NCBI GenBank assembly: GCA_043228905.1
Contig: JBHGNT010000002.1
Span: forward strand, 12,524,001-12,588,000
Origin: Azolla caroliniana
Taxonomy: Eukaryota > Plantae > Polypodiophyta
Length of the DNA stretch: 64,000 bases
Direction of reading: 5' to 3'
The position numbers and the translations under genes are program-made. Numbering within the stretch: the first letter of the stretch is position 1; every line of letters starts with the position of its first letter. The notes beneath the pieces were generated by a model. It ran no database searches, was not told the DNA's origin, and saw nothing but the letters and a program-made list of their open reading frames with translations. This document shows positions 49,101-59,284 of this stretch, piece by piece.

Positions 49101-49579
49101 GCTGGTCGGTGATCGACACCCCGGAGCTACCTACCAATCCTCGTGCCGGGGATCATTTGGAGAGACTACGCAAGATCCAGACAGATCTCTCGACTCATCT
49201 TCGTCATGCTCAACAGACACAGAAGATTTACGCGGATCGTCATCGGCTTCCCTCCTCTTTTGCCATCGGAGATCGAGTATGGCTCTTACGTCGTCACATC
49301 AAGACTACTCGACCATGCGACAAGTTGGATTATCGACGACTCGGTCCTTTCCTTATTACGGGTAAAGTTAATGATGTCACCTTCCGCCTTGATCTCTCCC
49401 TCCGTCGCTTCAGCTACATCCGGTTTTCCATTGTTCCCTTCTTGAACCTTATAAAGCAAACACCATTCCCAATCGTGTTACACCACCGCCGCCCCCGCTG
49501 GAGTTGGACACCGGCCCGGAATATGAAGTGGCTGCCATCCTCGATTCCAAACTTCTTCGCAACAAACTTTACTATTTGA
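46157..49579 (+). CDS. Pol (PR, RT, RNase H, IN) in the -1 frame relative to gag; frameshifted near 49396 before the chromodomain
   Basis: LDSGA, KIDLRGAYNL, YLDD, EADASDFA, DHKNL, HHCC plus DDE, GPF. Confidence 0.93.
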   Translation: MSPAKIGAIWLDSSPRSVQPISGSIPSKQVSNVFLAQVIVSTKSTPPVPVLALLDSGANSCFMDRNFAQASQISLRKLPCPASVVVIDGRPIASGNIVEESEPIQVVLGSFVCIISFNIISSPEHPIVLGLPWLELHNPAIDWRTREVRYRPPQESTHRVSTISLHQLREEGPKEAMFLFAISVHPSSTIKKDSSVQLLAKYHPYADVFDKVKAGTLPHHRPYDCPIDLQPGTEPPWGPIYNLSPTELEVLRAYIEENLASGFIRHSKSPAGAPIFFVKKKDGSLRLVVDYRGLNKVTIRNRYALPLISSLLERVNGAKFFTKIDLRGAYNLVRIRPGDEWKTAFRTRYGHFEYTVMPFGLTNAPAVFQHMANDIFRDLLDICLIIYLDDLLIYSKTQEEHDSHVLLVLKRLRENGLYAKLEKCSFDCKQVEFLGYVISSKGIAMDPAKVQTVLEWQIPRSVRDVQCFLGFANFYRKFIQDYSKIILPLTQLTKKGQAFLWSIEADMAFRHLKKAFTSAPILAHVDTSKPFIMEADASDFALGSILSQQGDKEELHPVAFHSRKFDVAEINYEIHDKELLAIVDSFVQWRHFLEGSPHQVVVFSDHKNLAYFQNARVLNRRQARWAQFLTRFDFKITYRPGKQQGKADALSRRSYLAPRPGDPTFDNQKQVILGPARLHTTRIFHTPMDSRITDNIRANLKTDSFAQNILAHIDTSRASCSQSQQPGIDYRQFEYHDGLLFFKKRVYVPDCSCRLHIIQHCHDTHTAGHFGSTKTLELVQRSFWWPHMRRFVDDYVRTCDACCRAKMPRHHPYGLLEPLPIPSKPWQSICLDFITDLPVSQGFDAILTVVDRYTKMAHFVPCTKAIISEETAVLVMREVFRHHGLPDSIISDRGPQFVSKFWQHLFKMLKVSCNLSSGYHPQTDGQAERTNQTLEQYLRCFLSYQQDDWAEILHFAEFAYNNAVHSSTRVSPFYAYTGSHPRWSVIDTPELPTNPRAGDHLERLRKIQTDLSTHLRHAQQTQKIYADRHRLPSSFAIGDRVWLLRRHIKTTRPCDKLDYRRLGPFLITGKVNDVTFRLDLSLRRFSYIRFSIVPFLNLIKQTPFPIVLHHRRPRWSWTPARNMKWLPSSIPNFFATNFTI

Positions 49580-49731
49580 TCGATTGGGTTGGTTATAGTC
49601 CGAGCGAACGCACTTGGGAACCTGTCGAGCATGTTGCCAATGCTCAGGATTTGCTTGCTGATTTCCACCGAAAGTATCCGGACAAACCCGGTCCGCAATC
49701 AGCGCCGACTCGTTCCACTCGTCGTCTTTAA
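49398..49731 (+). pseudogene. Integrase C-terminus with group I chromodomain, out of frame with pol
   Basis: LQLHPVFHCSLLEPY...EYEVAAILDSK...YYLIDWVGYSPSERTWEP; an extra 2 nt in a CT run at about 49394-49398. Confidence 0.85.
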
Positions 49732-50173
49732 GGGGGAGATAGTGTCATGAGATGGCAAGACTCGAACCCATGACCTTATGGTATATGGGTCGAGCTCTTA
49801 ACCATCTCACCATCTATTGTAATTCATAGGATATTATTTTCATTTATGTTTTATTATAAGAAAGTAATGTATATTCCAGATTTCTCTGGAACATTCTAGA
49901 AGCTTCAGGATTATTCCTGAGAACACTATAAAAGAAGGCATTAAGCATTATGTTGAACCAAATTGGTTCAACACCAGTCTTAAGCCTCTTAGCCGATTTG
50001 TACTTATCTTTCATATAATATAAGAGCTGTTGTCATCATCTTATCTCTCTCTCTCTCTCTCCTCTTCTCATTTTCTCTCTCTCGGGAATCTTACGCAGTC
50101 TCGTCCCCTTAGTACTAATAGTACTACTCTTCTTAGTACTAATTCCATCTCTGCTTTAGTACTATTCCTGACA

Positions 50174-51162
50174 GTCGTAAGGCACGATGGGCTGATCTCA
50201 TCCAGGACTTTGATTTTTCCAGGCTGAATTGTTTCGTTTTTATGGGTTACCGATGGATATCGTGAGTGATCGAGATCCAAAGTTTACTAGTGACTTCTGG
50301 ACACGTCTTTAAGAAGTTAGAAACTACGTTGAGCATGAGCTCCACGGATCATCCTCAATCCGATGGATAGACAGAACGAGTAAATCAAATTATTGAGGAC
50401 ATGGTTCGAGCATACGTTGGTGCAAAACCAACAAAATGGGAACGTTATCTCCCAATTTTGGAGTTTGCTTATAACAGCTCCAAGCATACGTCGACGGGAT
50501 ATAGTCCTTTTATGTTGATGTATGGTTTTTAGCCACGAGCCCCGATTGATGTTAATATACATCATGATGAGTTGCGACGTACGCAAAACTTTCTTCGGGA
50601 TATGCCAGATATGTTGCATATTGCACGAGATAATATAAAAACAGCTCAAGATAGAGCGTGTTTTTATGCCGATCATCATAGGCAACCTCGTGTATTCAAC
50701 CCTGGACAGAAGGTATTTTTACGTGTACCTCACAATTCTAAGACATTGTCTACGAGTAAGTGCGCTAAGTTAGCCCCACGGTTTTGTGGACCTTTTACAG
50801 TCCTCAAACGCATTGGGTCATCAGCCTATCGTCTCGCTCTTCCCGATGGTGTCGGAATTCATCCAGTCTTTCATGTGAGTCATCTAAAAGAACTTCTAGG
50901 TTCTGGCGACAATACAGTTACGACTGAAACTCTGGTTACTTCTGAAGAATTATCTTCTAAACCACATGTACCAGAAAGAATTCTCGATGTTAAAACAAAA
51001 AAATTACGTACTAAAGAAATCCGAGAATTTAAAATAAAATGGATGGATAAATCAATAAAAGATGCCACATGGGAACGCGAAAATACACTTAGAGCTAACT
51101 TCCCTAACTTTCCATTGCAAGAGTGCAATGTTTTAAAGAGGGGGAGTATGTTACGAGCATGA
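50174..51162 (+). pseudogene. Remaining integrase and group II chromodomain of gypsy copy 2
   Basis: GPF, HPVFHVS, PERILDVKTKKLRTKEIREFKIKW...DATWE; the frame runs through the PPT into the 3' LTR. Confidence 0.88.
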
Positions 51163-52060
51163 CCATATAATAGCCCGTGGTAAGAATTTACCGTAGTATT
51201 CTATACATGTGGATAAGTGTGAGGGTTAAACGAGAGTGTAAAGAAGGGGAGGATTACTTTTAATCCTCGGGATTGAGACAACCCATTAGGTCAAGTGTGA
51301 ACTTGCCTTGGGGCCTTGGGTATCGCTATAAATAAGAGGCCTAGCTACCGTCATTTGATGATCTTTTGACTACATCGAGACTCTGCTCGTGTGGTGGGTC
51401 AACTCTTGTAGCGAGCGCGCCAGCACCAGGTACGACTCGATGCCACGGCGGTGGTATGGGACGCCGATTGAGGCTCGAGTCCGTCTCGAACCCTTCGCTC
51501 GGGGGTGGTCGGGTGGATCAGCACCCTTCTTTCTCTTTCTCCTTTCTATCTTTCATTTCTTTATCCTTATCTTAAGCTTACTTTAGTACCTAGATCTATA
51601 ATATTTCGGATGCAAACCCTATGCCCTCATCCCTAGGGACAAGAGGACCAAGCTGGCACACCATGTACATAATTGTAGATTTCTTGGTTATGAACCGATG
51701 GGGACTTTAGTTATCGGCTATGGGATTCGGAGAACCGGAAATTTGTCCAGAGTAGCGACATAGTCTTCAATGAGGACTCAATACTCTCCAAACAGGCAAT
51801 TAGCAAGGCCCAAATTGTCCGACCAAGGCCAAGCCGAAAAGTGCAGAATTGAAATGGATAGAGTCCAATCGACCAAATTGCCCAAACTGACTAAGGTGCC
51901 AAAAGGCCAAGTGGAACCATGCCAGGCACCTATCTCTCTGTCAATCGATTTCAAAGAAGGTATTATACTATTATAGCTACTTAGCTGGGAAATGGCCATA
52001 GCTATTTAGCTATTTGTTTAGCGAATTTTTCGTGGGGAAATCATAAGGATCATTTATGAA

Positions 52061-52512
52061 TTTGTTTTGCTTTATTACTCAAAAGTTTGCTTTATTACAT
52101 GTCATTTATTATGGTGAATAAATAATTTATGGGAATACTCAAAATTTTGAACTTTCGTTTCTAACGTAGCATCAAAACTGGACTTGAATGTCAGCAAAGT
52201 CCTACTAATCTTGAGTTTGAGTTCGAAATCCAAACAGATGGAGTACTCTAAGCACGAACGCAGACGAAGCTCCTAGAATTTTTTTTGCCTTATTACTCAA
52301 AAGTTTGCTTTATTACATGTCATTTATTATGGTGAATTGATCATTTATGCAATACTCAAAAATTTGCACTTTGGTTTCTAACGTAGTGGAACCTAGGGAA
52401 CAGTACCCTCATCAAAACTTGACTTCAATGTCAGCAAAGTTCTGCTAAACTTGAGTTTGAGTTTGAAATCCAAACAGATGCAGTACTTTGAGCATGAACG
52501 CAGACAAAGCTC
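52061..52512. repeat. ~220-bp tandem duplication
   Basis: ttattactcaaaagtttgctttattacatgtcatttattatggtgaat...aaatccaaacagatg.agtact occurs twice. Confidence 0.8.
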
Positions 52513-53057
52513 CCGCAACAACACAAAAACTAAGATATCAAAATTGCACCTTTAAAGCACCAACAGACCACCATTTCAATCCTCGTCCAGGTATGTATCA
52601 GTTACACATTACATGCATTAAAAAATCCTTCTTGTTTTCCTTTCTAATAATTGTAATTGTCTTGCCTATTCATCTTTTATGAAAAAACGATTAGGGCAAA
52701 GTCATTGGAGTTCCAGACAAGGATGTCTCGAAGATCGGAGATCGGGCTGTACTAGGAAGTGTGTTTCTAAAATCATACATATTTTAGATTAGGGTTCTGA
52801 TTTCTTTAAGTAGTTTATTTCTGATTAAGGTTTTTGATTTCTTTAAGTGGTTGATTTCTGATTACTGTTGAAATTTCCAGATTTTGCATCAATTCACATT
52901 TCTGATTTCAATGGTTGTCTGTCTGCAAACTTCCCCCAAACTTGATTTAGGATTTTGATGCCATGTGCCTAATTTTTTATTTTTCCCTAACAATTATGAT
53001 TCTAAATACATATGTCCCAACAGTGTAGAGGTAACATGTATTGATTTTTTATTTCAG

Positions 53058-56000
53058 GTGGCTCGTTCCTCCATATCTTAAAGTGATGAACTTTGCAAAG
53101 TTTTGCGAGACAAAGGAGGACGTTAACAACATATATGGTCTGTCACTAGAAGGTATTGACCTTGTTGTTCTAATAAATAAATTGATTAGTGATGTAGATT
53201 AGTTTTCAATTTATAAAGTGCCCAGAGTGACGGGCAAGGTGAAGCTAAAGCATGTACGACTGGAGCTGTATGATGATTGCATGAGGCTCCCCTAGAAAAT
53301 ACATCAAGAGATCCCGGTCAACAACGAGTTGTCCGTTACATTCACTAGAGCTTTTGCATACGAGTATTGCAAAACAGTGAAGGAAGCGACGGACTCAGAA
53401 ATGTACAGGGTAGCTTGGGCTATTGCTGGTGAGGTGTCGGTAGAATGATTATTGAAGATGGGGAGCTTGCAACAAAAGATGGCAAGATTTTGGAGCATGG
53501 CAATTGATGATGCAACTACTGACTCCCATCAAACCCGCAAGTGTATTATACCACACCGAAACACAATGAAAGCCAATGTCAATGATACAGGTCAGACATT
53601 TATTAGCTATATGCTGAAAACTGTCCATGAAGCTTGTCAGACATTGGAAGCAACAAATACTGATTTAGAGAAAGCAACATTGGCTGTTGCGATGGAAAGG
53701 AAAGTCACTTTGGCAGTGACAACAATCAGAAATAAGATTTAGGTAGCTATTGTTTGCTAGTATGTAACATGTTATAAATTACTTGTACATGAAAATGTGC
53801 GCAGTGAGGCATTATCTGAACAGGTTGCTCAACATGAGCTCGAAACTTAGGGGACCCAACGGAAAATACAGCTCTAGATGAAGATTCAGGTTCTTTCAAT
53901 GAAACAGGATCTTCTAGGTGTAAATATTGTCGTTGATAACAATTTGGAGAACCTCCAAGTTAATTATTTGTGTTTCTTGTTGTTCTATCTTCCTCATTAA
54001 GGATTGATAAATTGGTAAATTTCTCGGTTGCGTTGTAGGAACAATACTCTTGTCAAGAACAGTTAGTTAGCTGCCTTAAGAAGGAGCTACATTTTGTAGA
54101 GGGGATGGTAAGGAGTAAACAAGAATTGGACCTCACTATTCTTGCTCCCTTACCAAACGTAGGAGAACTAGGCAACAATATATTATTTGTTCAAGCACGT
54201 TGCATCTCTTGCGGCTTAGGCATGGAGGACAAAACTACTACTCTGTTGGTACACCTACGACCATGCCAACACACGTACCATATCGCTTGTTTTGCATATG
54301 CTTGTCACACTGCTGTAGTATGTTTGGGGGATTGCAATACAACTCTCCCTGATGAGTGGAGAAAACAGACAAGTAAATTTGTTGCTTGTCTCTATTCTGT
54401 AGTACATAATTAGTTACATCTTAGCTAACTAGCTAAGTCGTATAAAGTGTGGTAGCTAATTAGCTATTATGGTTCAATAGTGTAGTAGCTAATTAGCTAC
54501 AACGTAGGTAATCAGCTAAGTAGTATAAAGTGTAAACGTTAATTAGCTAAGCAATATAAAATGTGGTAGCTAATTAGCTATTGTGGTTCTGTAGTGTAGT
54601 AGCTAATTAGCTACAACGTAGGTAATTAGTTAAGCATTATCAAGAGTGGTAGCTAATTAGCTAATGTCATACTTAAGTATAGTTGCTAATTACAATGTAG
54701 CTAATTAGTTAAGCATTATCAAGAGTGGTAGCTAATTAGCTACTGCCATAATTGAGTACATTTGCTAATTAGCATGTAGCTAATTAGTTAAGCAATATCA
54801 AGGGTGGTGGCTATTTAGCTCCCGCCGTACTTAAGTAAAGTAGCTAATTAGCTAAGACGTTGCTAATTAGCTACGATGTACCTAATTAGCTAAGGAGTAT
54901 CAAGAGTAAAAGCTAATTAGCTACTACCATACTTAAGTAGAGTAGCAGTTAATTAGCTACAACGTAGGTAATCAGCTAAGTAGTATAAAGTGTAAACGTT
55001 AATTAGCTAAGCAATATAAAATGTGGTAGCTAATTAGCTATTGTGGTTCTATAGTGTAGTAGCAAATTAGCTACAACGTAGGTAATTAGTTAAGCATTAT
55101 CAAGAGTGGTAGCTAATTAGCTAATGTCATACTTAAGTACAGTTGCTAATTAAAATGTAGCTAATTAGCTAAGCAGTATCGAGAGTGGTAGCTAATTAGC
55201 TACTGCCATAATTGAGTACATTTGCTAATTAGCTAAGGAGTATCAAGAGTAAAAGCTAATTAGCTCTTGTCATACTGAAGTAGAGTAGCTAATTAGCTAC
55301 TGCTAATCTAAAGGGTAGCAGCTATTAGCTAAGTAGTATCAAGAGAGGTAGCTAATTAACTTCTACCATAGTTAAGTAGAGTAGATGTAGCTAATTAACT
55401 CCTACCATACTTAAGTAGAGTAGATGTAACTAATTAGCTACTACCAATTTATAGTGTAGTAGCTAATTAGCTACATTAGCTACATTGTAGCTAATTAGCT
55501 AAGTAGTATCAAGAGTGGTAGCTAAGACGTAGCTAATTAGATATTGTCAATCTATAGTATAGTAGGTAATTAGCTAAGTTGTAGCTAATTAACAAAGCAG
55601 TGTCAAGAGTTGTAGCTAATTAGCTACTACCAATCTATAGTTTATTTACTACCAATGTTTAGTAGTCAGCCAAGTAACTACACCTAACTACAAAAAGTAG
55701 TAGCTAAAGAGAAGTTGCTAATTAACTGACATATTGTTGTAGAATCTCCTGGATTAAGGAGGTTGCATGAGGTGTCCGGTGTCAATGATGCTGCAACCGA
55801 TGAGGAGATAGTTGGCAATGTGGCTGAAAGTAAGAGTTCTGCTATCACATCTCCTTAAAATCAGCTCCATCCTATTCTTTTGGAAGATTATACTGAATTA
55901 GGCAACGTTGTGAAAAGCCATGAAATACTAGACCCATCATGTAAATCTGAGGTTCATAACAACATTTCTTGAAATCCCAGAACCTTGATTCAACCCCATT

Positions 56001-57100
56001 GAGCCCAATTGTTGATGATGTCCCACCAAATCCCACTCTACTTGAATAGCTAGCACAAGATGCGGCTCACGTGCAAGCTACTACTAAGGCGATGGAAAGT
56101 TGTTGAAGGAGGACGCACTTGCACAATGGGTGAAAGAAGCAGGGCTAAATCAGCAACCTTCTAGAAAAAGGCTGAAAAAGGGCCTTGATTGGGAACAAGA
56201 CCAGTTACTTGGTCAAGGGGCTCTTGATTTACTGATTAGTGGGATTTGACCATAGCTATTTTCCTAGAAAATCATGAAGTTCTCCTATGATATATTTGGA
56301 CAAGTAAAACCTCAAATTGGTTGTTGCTTGATCCACATTATGTAATGGAACTCTATGATGGATATTAAGATAATGTTATTATGTTGTTGCAGAATATTGT
56401 TCATTATGTTGTTTTGTGAGACTGTTAGCTACTTCGTGAGTGTGAGTGAATATGTTGGTGTTTTCTGATGTTGCTAAGTCTAAAGGGTTTGAATCTATTG
56501 CTCGTAAGGCCGATGACAGTGTAGAAACTATTAATGTTGACGTGTGTTTAGAGGGGCCCATCTTGAAAGTAGATGTAGTAACTGACACAAATGATCTGGT
56601 CACGCAAGTAAATCAAGTATGTTGCACAGTAGATCTGATTTTGCAGGTAGATGCAACATGTGATACTAGTGGGCTAATATCGACCAGAGAAGTATCTACA
56701 TGCACAGAGGTAATGCCAAGACCGATGACACATGCGACTATACAAGAGCAAAATAGTGTGACAAAATTCTTCCCAAAGTTGCGACAAAATTTCAAGGGTT
56801 AGTAGACACGAGAAAGATGTGAGTAGCAAGATATTGTAAGATTCAAACGACTTTCTAATTTTTGGCATACCTAGCTCGAACATAATGCCAACAATACGTT
56901 CATTGTGGATACAAAACATTTCCAGCATTACTACAACCTTCGCAGATGTTGTCTCATTGTACCCGAGGAAATGCCTAATAACTACTTAGAGAAAACATTG
57001 AGCTCAGTATGCAAATCACATATCTAGAGAAGTTCCACCGACTAGCAAGAGCTTAGCTGTTTATAGGCGCTTTGTAGACATTGCCAATGGTGTATTATAA
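53058..57100 (+). pseudogene. Degenerate multi-exon gene with a coiled coil and RING-H2-like zinc finger, probably TE-borne
   Basis: CISC...PCQHTYHIAC...CLGDC in 54105-54413; GT-AG-bordered exon-like blocks (tttcag|53058, ttgtag|54039, gttgtag|55743); many in-frame stops. Confidence 0.5.
54410..55740. repeat. Array of the palindrome TAGCTAATTAGCTA with short spacers and a ~460-bp higher-order duplication
   Basis: Dozens of copies; the block from 54491 recurs at 54951. Confidence 0.92.
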
Positions 57101-57259
57101 ATATGTAACTTGATGACGGATTAATCAATGAAGAATTAAATCGCTTGTTTTGAGTAAATTATCTACTATGTAATTTTAAAATAGGTCATTGATTTCGGAT
57201 TTCATGCTGCCGGTTTTTCTCAGAATGGCAAATTGTTTGAACTTGTGCATGGTTCACTT

Positions 57260-58380
57260 CACGAGATATCATCATCATCCACCGAGCCCTCATTCATGAC
57301 AGGTGCCCCTACAAAACGTTACGTGGCATTGCAATGGCGTCATCAACGTCTGTCGCTTCCCAACATACCCCCTCACATATCTCTCATTCTAAGCATGAGA
57401 CTACATTAAGTAGCCATGCATATCTTAATTTGAATTTATTCCCCTCTCTCTTATACTAACATGCAAGGGACTACAATTTTGGTTGTTGGCATTGTATTCG
57501 ACCATATCCGCCCGTTTGTTGTTTTCTTTCTAATTTTACTTCTACCCCTCCCTCATTTTACCTATTTTCCACCATACCCCTCCCCTCCCCCACCTTTTCA
57601 AATTAACCTCCTACCCATCCCTTTACATTCTCTTAATTACCCTCATATCCCTCCCCTCACTTTTTTCACTTTTTTTAATTTTCTTGTTTTACCCCTTCCT
57701 CTTGTTTTCCCATTCCCATTCTATGCTTCCCTCTTTCACTAACTTTATTCTACCCCTCCCCCCTTATTTTCTAATTTTTATCTCTTCCTTCCTTCTCCCT
57801 TAACTTTTATTCTACTCCTCCTATGTTTCTTCTAAATCTCACTTTAGTAATTTTATTGTAGCCTTCCCCCTTTATTTTTAGTTTGTGTTTCCTACCCTAG
57901 CCCCTTTTATTCTTCTTAATCTCACTCTATCCTTTCCTCCTCCAATTTAATTTCCATTCTACCCCCGCTCTCAATTTCACTTCCTACTCCTCCCCAATTA
58001 CTTCTAAATTCATGCTTTCTACCCCTCCCCTCTCATACACCCCCCCCTTTTTTCAACAATCTCTATAAAATCTTTTCCTACCCTTAACTCCCACATCACA
58101 CATTTTCAAATTACCCATAAAATCTTTTGCCCCCACCAAATCCTTCACCTGTGCTAAACTCCCACATCATAAAATTTGAAACCTATCTCCCTCTCTGTCT
58201 CTCTCTACTTTACCCCTTATCTTCCCTATATAAACACCTAAAATTCTACATGGCCATTTGCACTAATGAGCTCCTTAGGAGCGAAACTAGTTTGCCACAT
58301 CGACCATTTCCTTGTATTACTTTTTAAGTTTCTTAATAATAGTTACTTTTTAGTATCTCTCTCTGTCTCAAAACTTTGTA

Positions 58381-58425
<45 letters not shown>

Positions 58426-59284
58426 CTCCTTCACTCACATTTGTATTCTTTAACTCTGACTCTCATTCTACCTCTCACATACACCCAACCATTCTATATC
58501 GTTCACACCCCTTGAATCGGCCTCACGGTCTATAGCTGCTCGTGCTATTTTCTAAGTATCCACTCCCTACCTCCCGTATTTCTAATTAAGCTTGTAGCTA
58601 TATTTGGATAGATTTAGGTTTATGTTTTAATCTTATTATCAGTTTTATGTTTAGTTTTAATGTTTATAATTAACCCCCTTCCCCTATTTCTAATCATAAC
58701 TCTCCCACCAAGTGTGTCAAATGATTTGGGTGCACTCAGATTGTTCTTGGTGTTTCTTCACTTCATTCCATCTTCGTCTCGCACTTAATCATAAACCTCT
58801 TTCTCTTACTTCTACACGTCGATGGTCTACCATTCCACACTCCTTGTGACGACCATATGGTCGCTGAACGAACCTAAACCCTTACAGTCTATGGAGGTCC
58901 ATGTATCTGGGATAGACACCCACTACAAGATAGCATCGTCAACCACCGAGCTTTCGTTGATGAGGAGTACCCCTACAGAACGTTACGTGGCATTGCAATG
59001 GCGTCATCGACAACTCTTGCTTCCCAAAATTCCCCCTCACATATCTCTCATTGTAAACATGAGATTAGATTAATTAGCCATGCATTTCTTAATTTGATGT
59101 TATTCCCCTCCTCTCTCTTATAGTAACATGCAGGGGACTACAATTTTGGTAGCTGGCATTGTATTCGACCATATCTCCCCTTTGATGTTTTCTTTCTAAT
59201 TTTACTTCTACCCCTCCCTCATTTTACCTATTTTCCACCATACCCCTCCCCCCACCTTTTTCAAATTAACCTCCTGCCCCTCCT
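57260..59284. repeat. Dispersed direct repeat of ~360 bp (about 57260-57620 and 58928-59284) flanking a pyrimidine-rich tract with (CT)n at about 58384-58420
   Basis: ccaccgagc...cgttacgtggcattgcaatggcgtcatc...catgca.gggactacaattttggt...aaattaacctcct occurs twice. Confidence 0.8.

Larger units (their letters stand above)
44502..50173 (+). mobile_element. Full-length Tcn1/Tf1-sushi-type Ty3/gypsy chromovirus, recent
   Basis: 431-bp LTRs 44502-44932 and 49743-50173 (TGTCA...TGACA, one difference seen); TSD GTCGT; PPT aagggggagatag; non-tRNA PBS; separate gag and pol ORFs. Confidence 0.97.
39544..51603 (+). mobile_element. Gypsy chromovirus copy 2 (same family as 16253-23274), older and disabled
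   Basis: LTRs 39544-39999 and 51149-51603 differ by about 11 substitutions and 1 indel by eye; TSD ATTCG/TTTCG; +1 frameshift near 42050; nested element at 44502; ~640-bp deletion near 50221. Confidence 0.95.
37089..51960 (+). mobile_element. Degenerate copia element D (Tnt1/Tork-like gag), interrupted by a solo LTR and gypsy copy 2; 3' end truncated
   Basis: LTR TGTTAAA at 37089 to TCAACA at 37874, PBS TGGTATCATAGC at 37877, gag KFDGKNFSLWKEMMQDVL, integrase LVHTDICGPM...YFITFVDDY. Resumes FGCKPYALIPRDKRTKL after 51604. Confidence 0.78.

Noticed and set aside
54410-55740. CRISPR-like array of TAGCTAATTAGCTA
   Set aside because: The repeat is too short and the spacers recur, so this is a satellite-like repeat.
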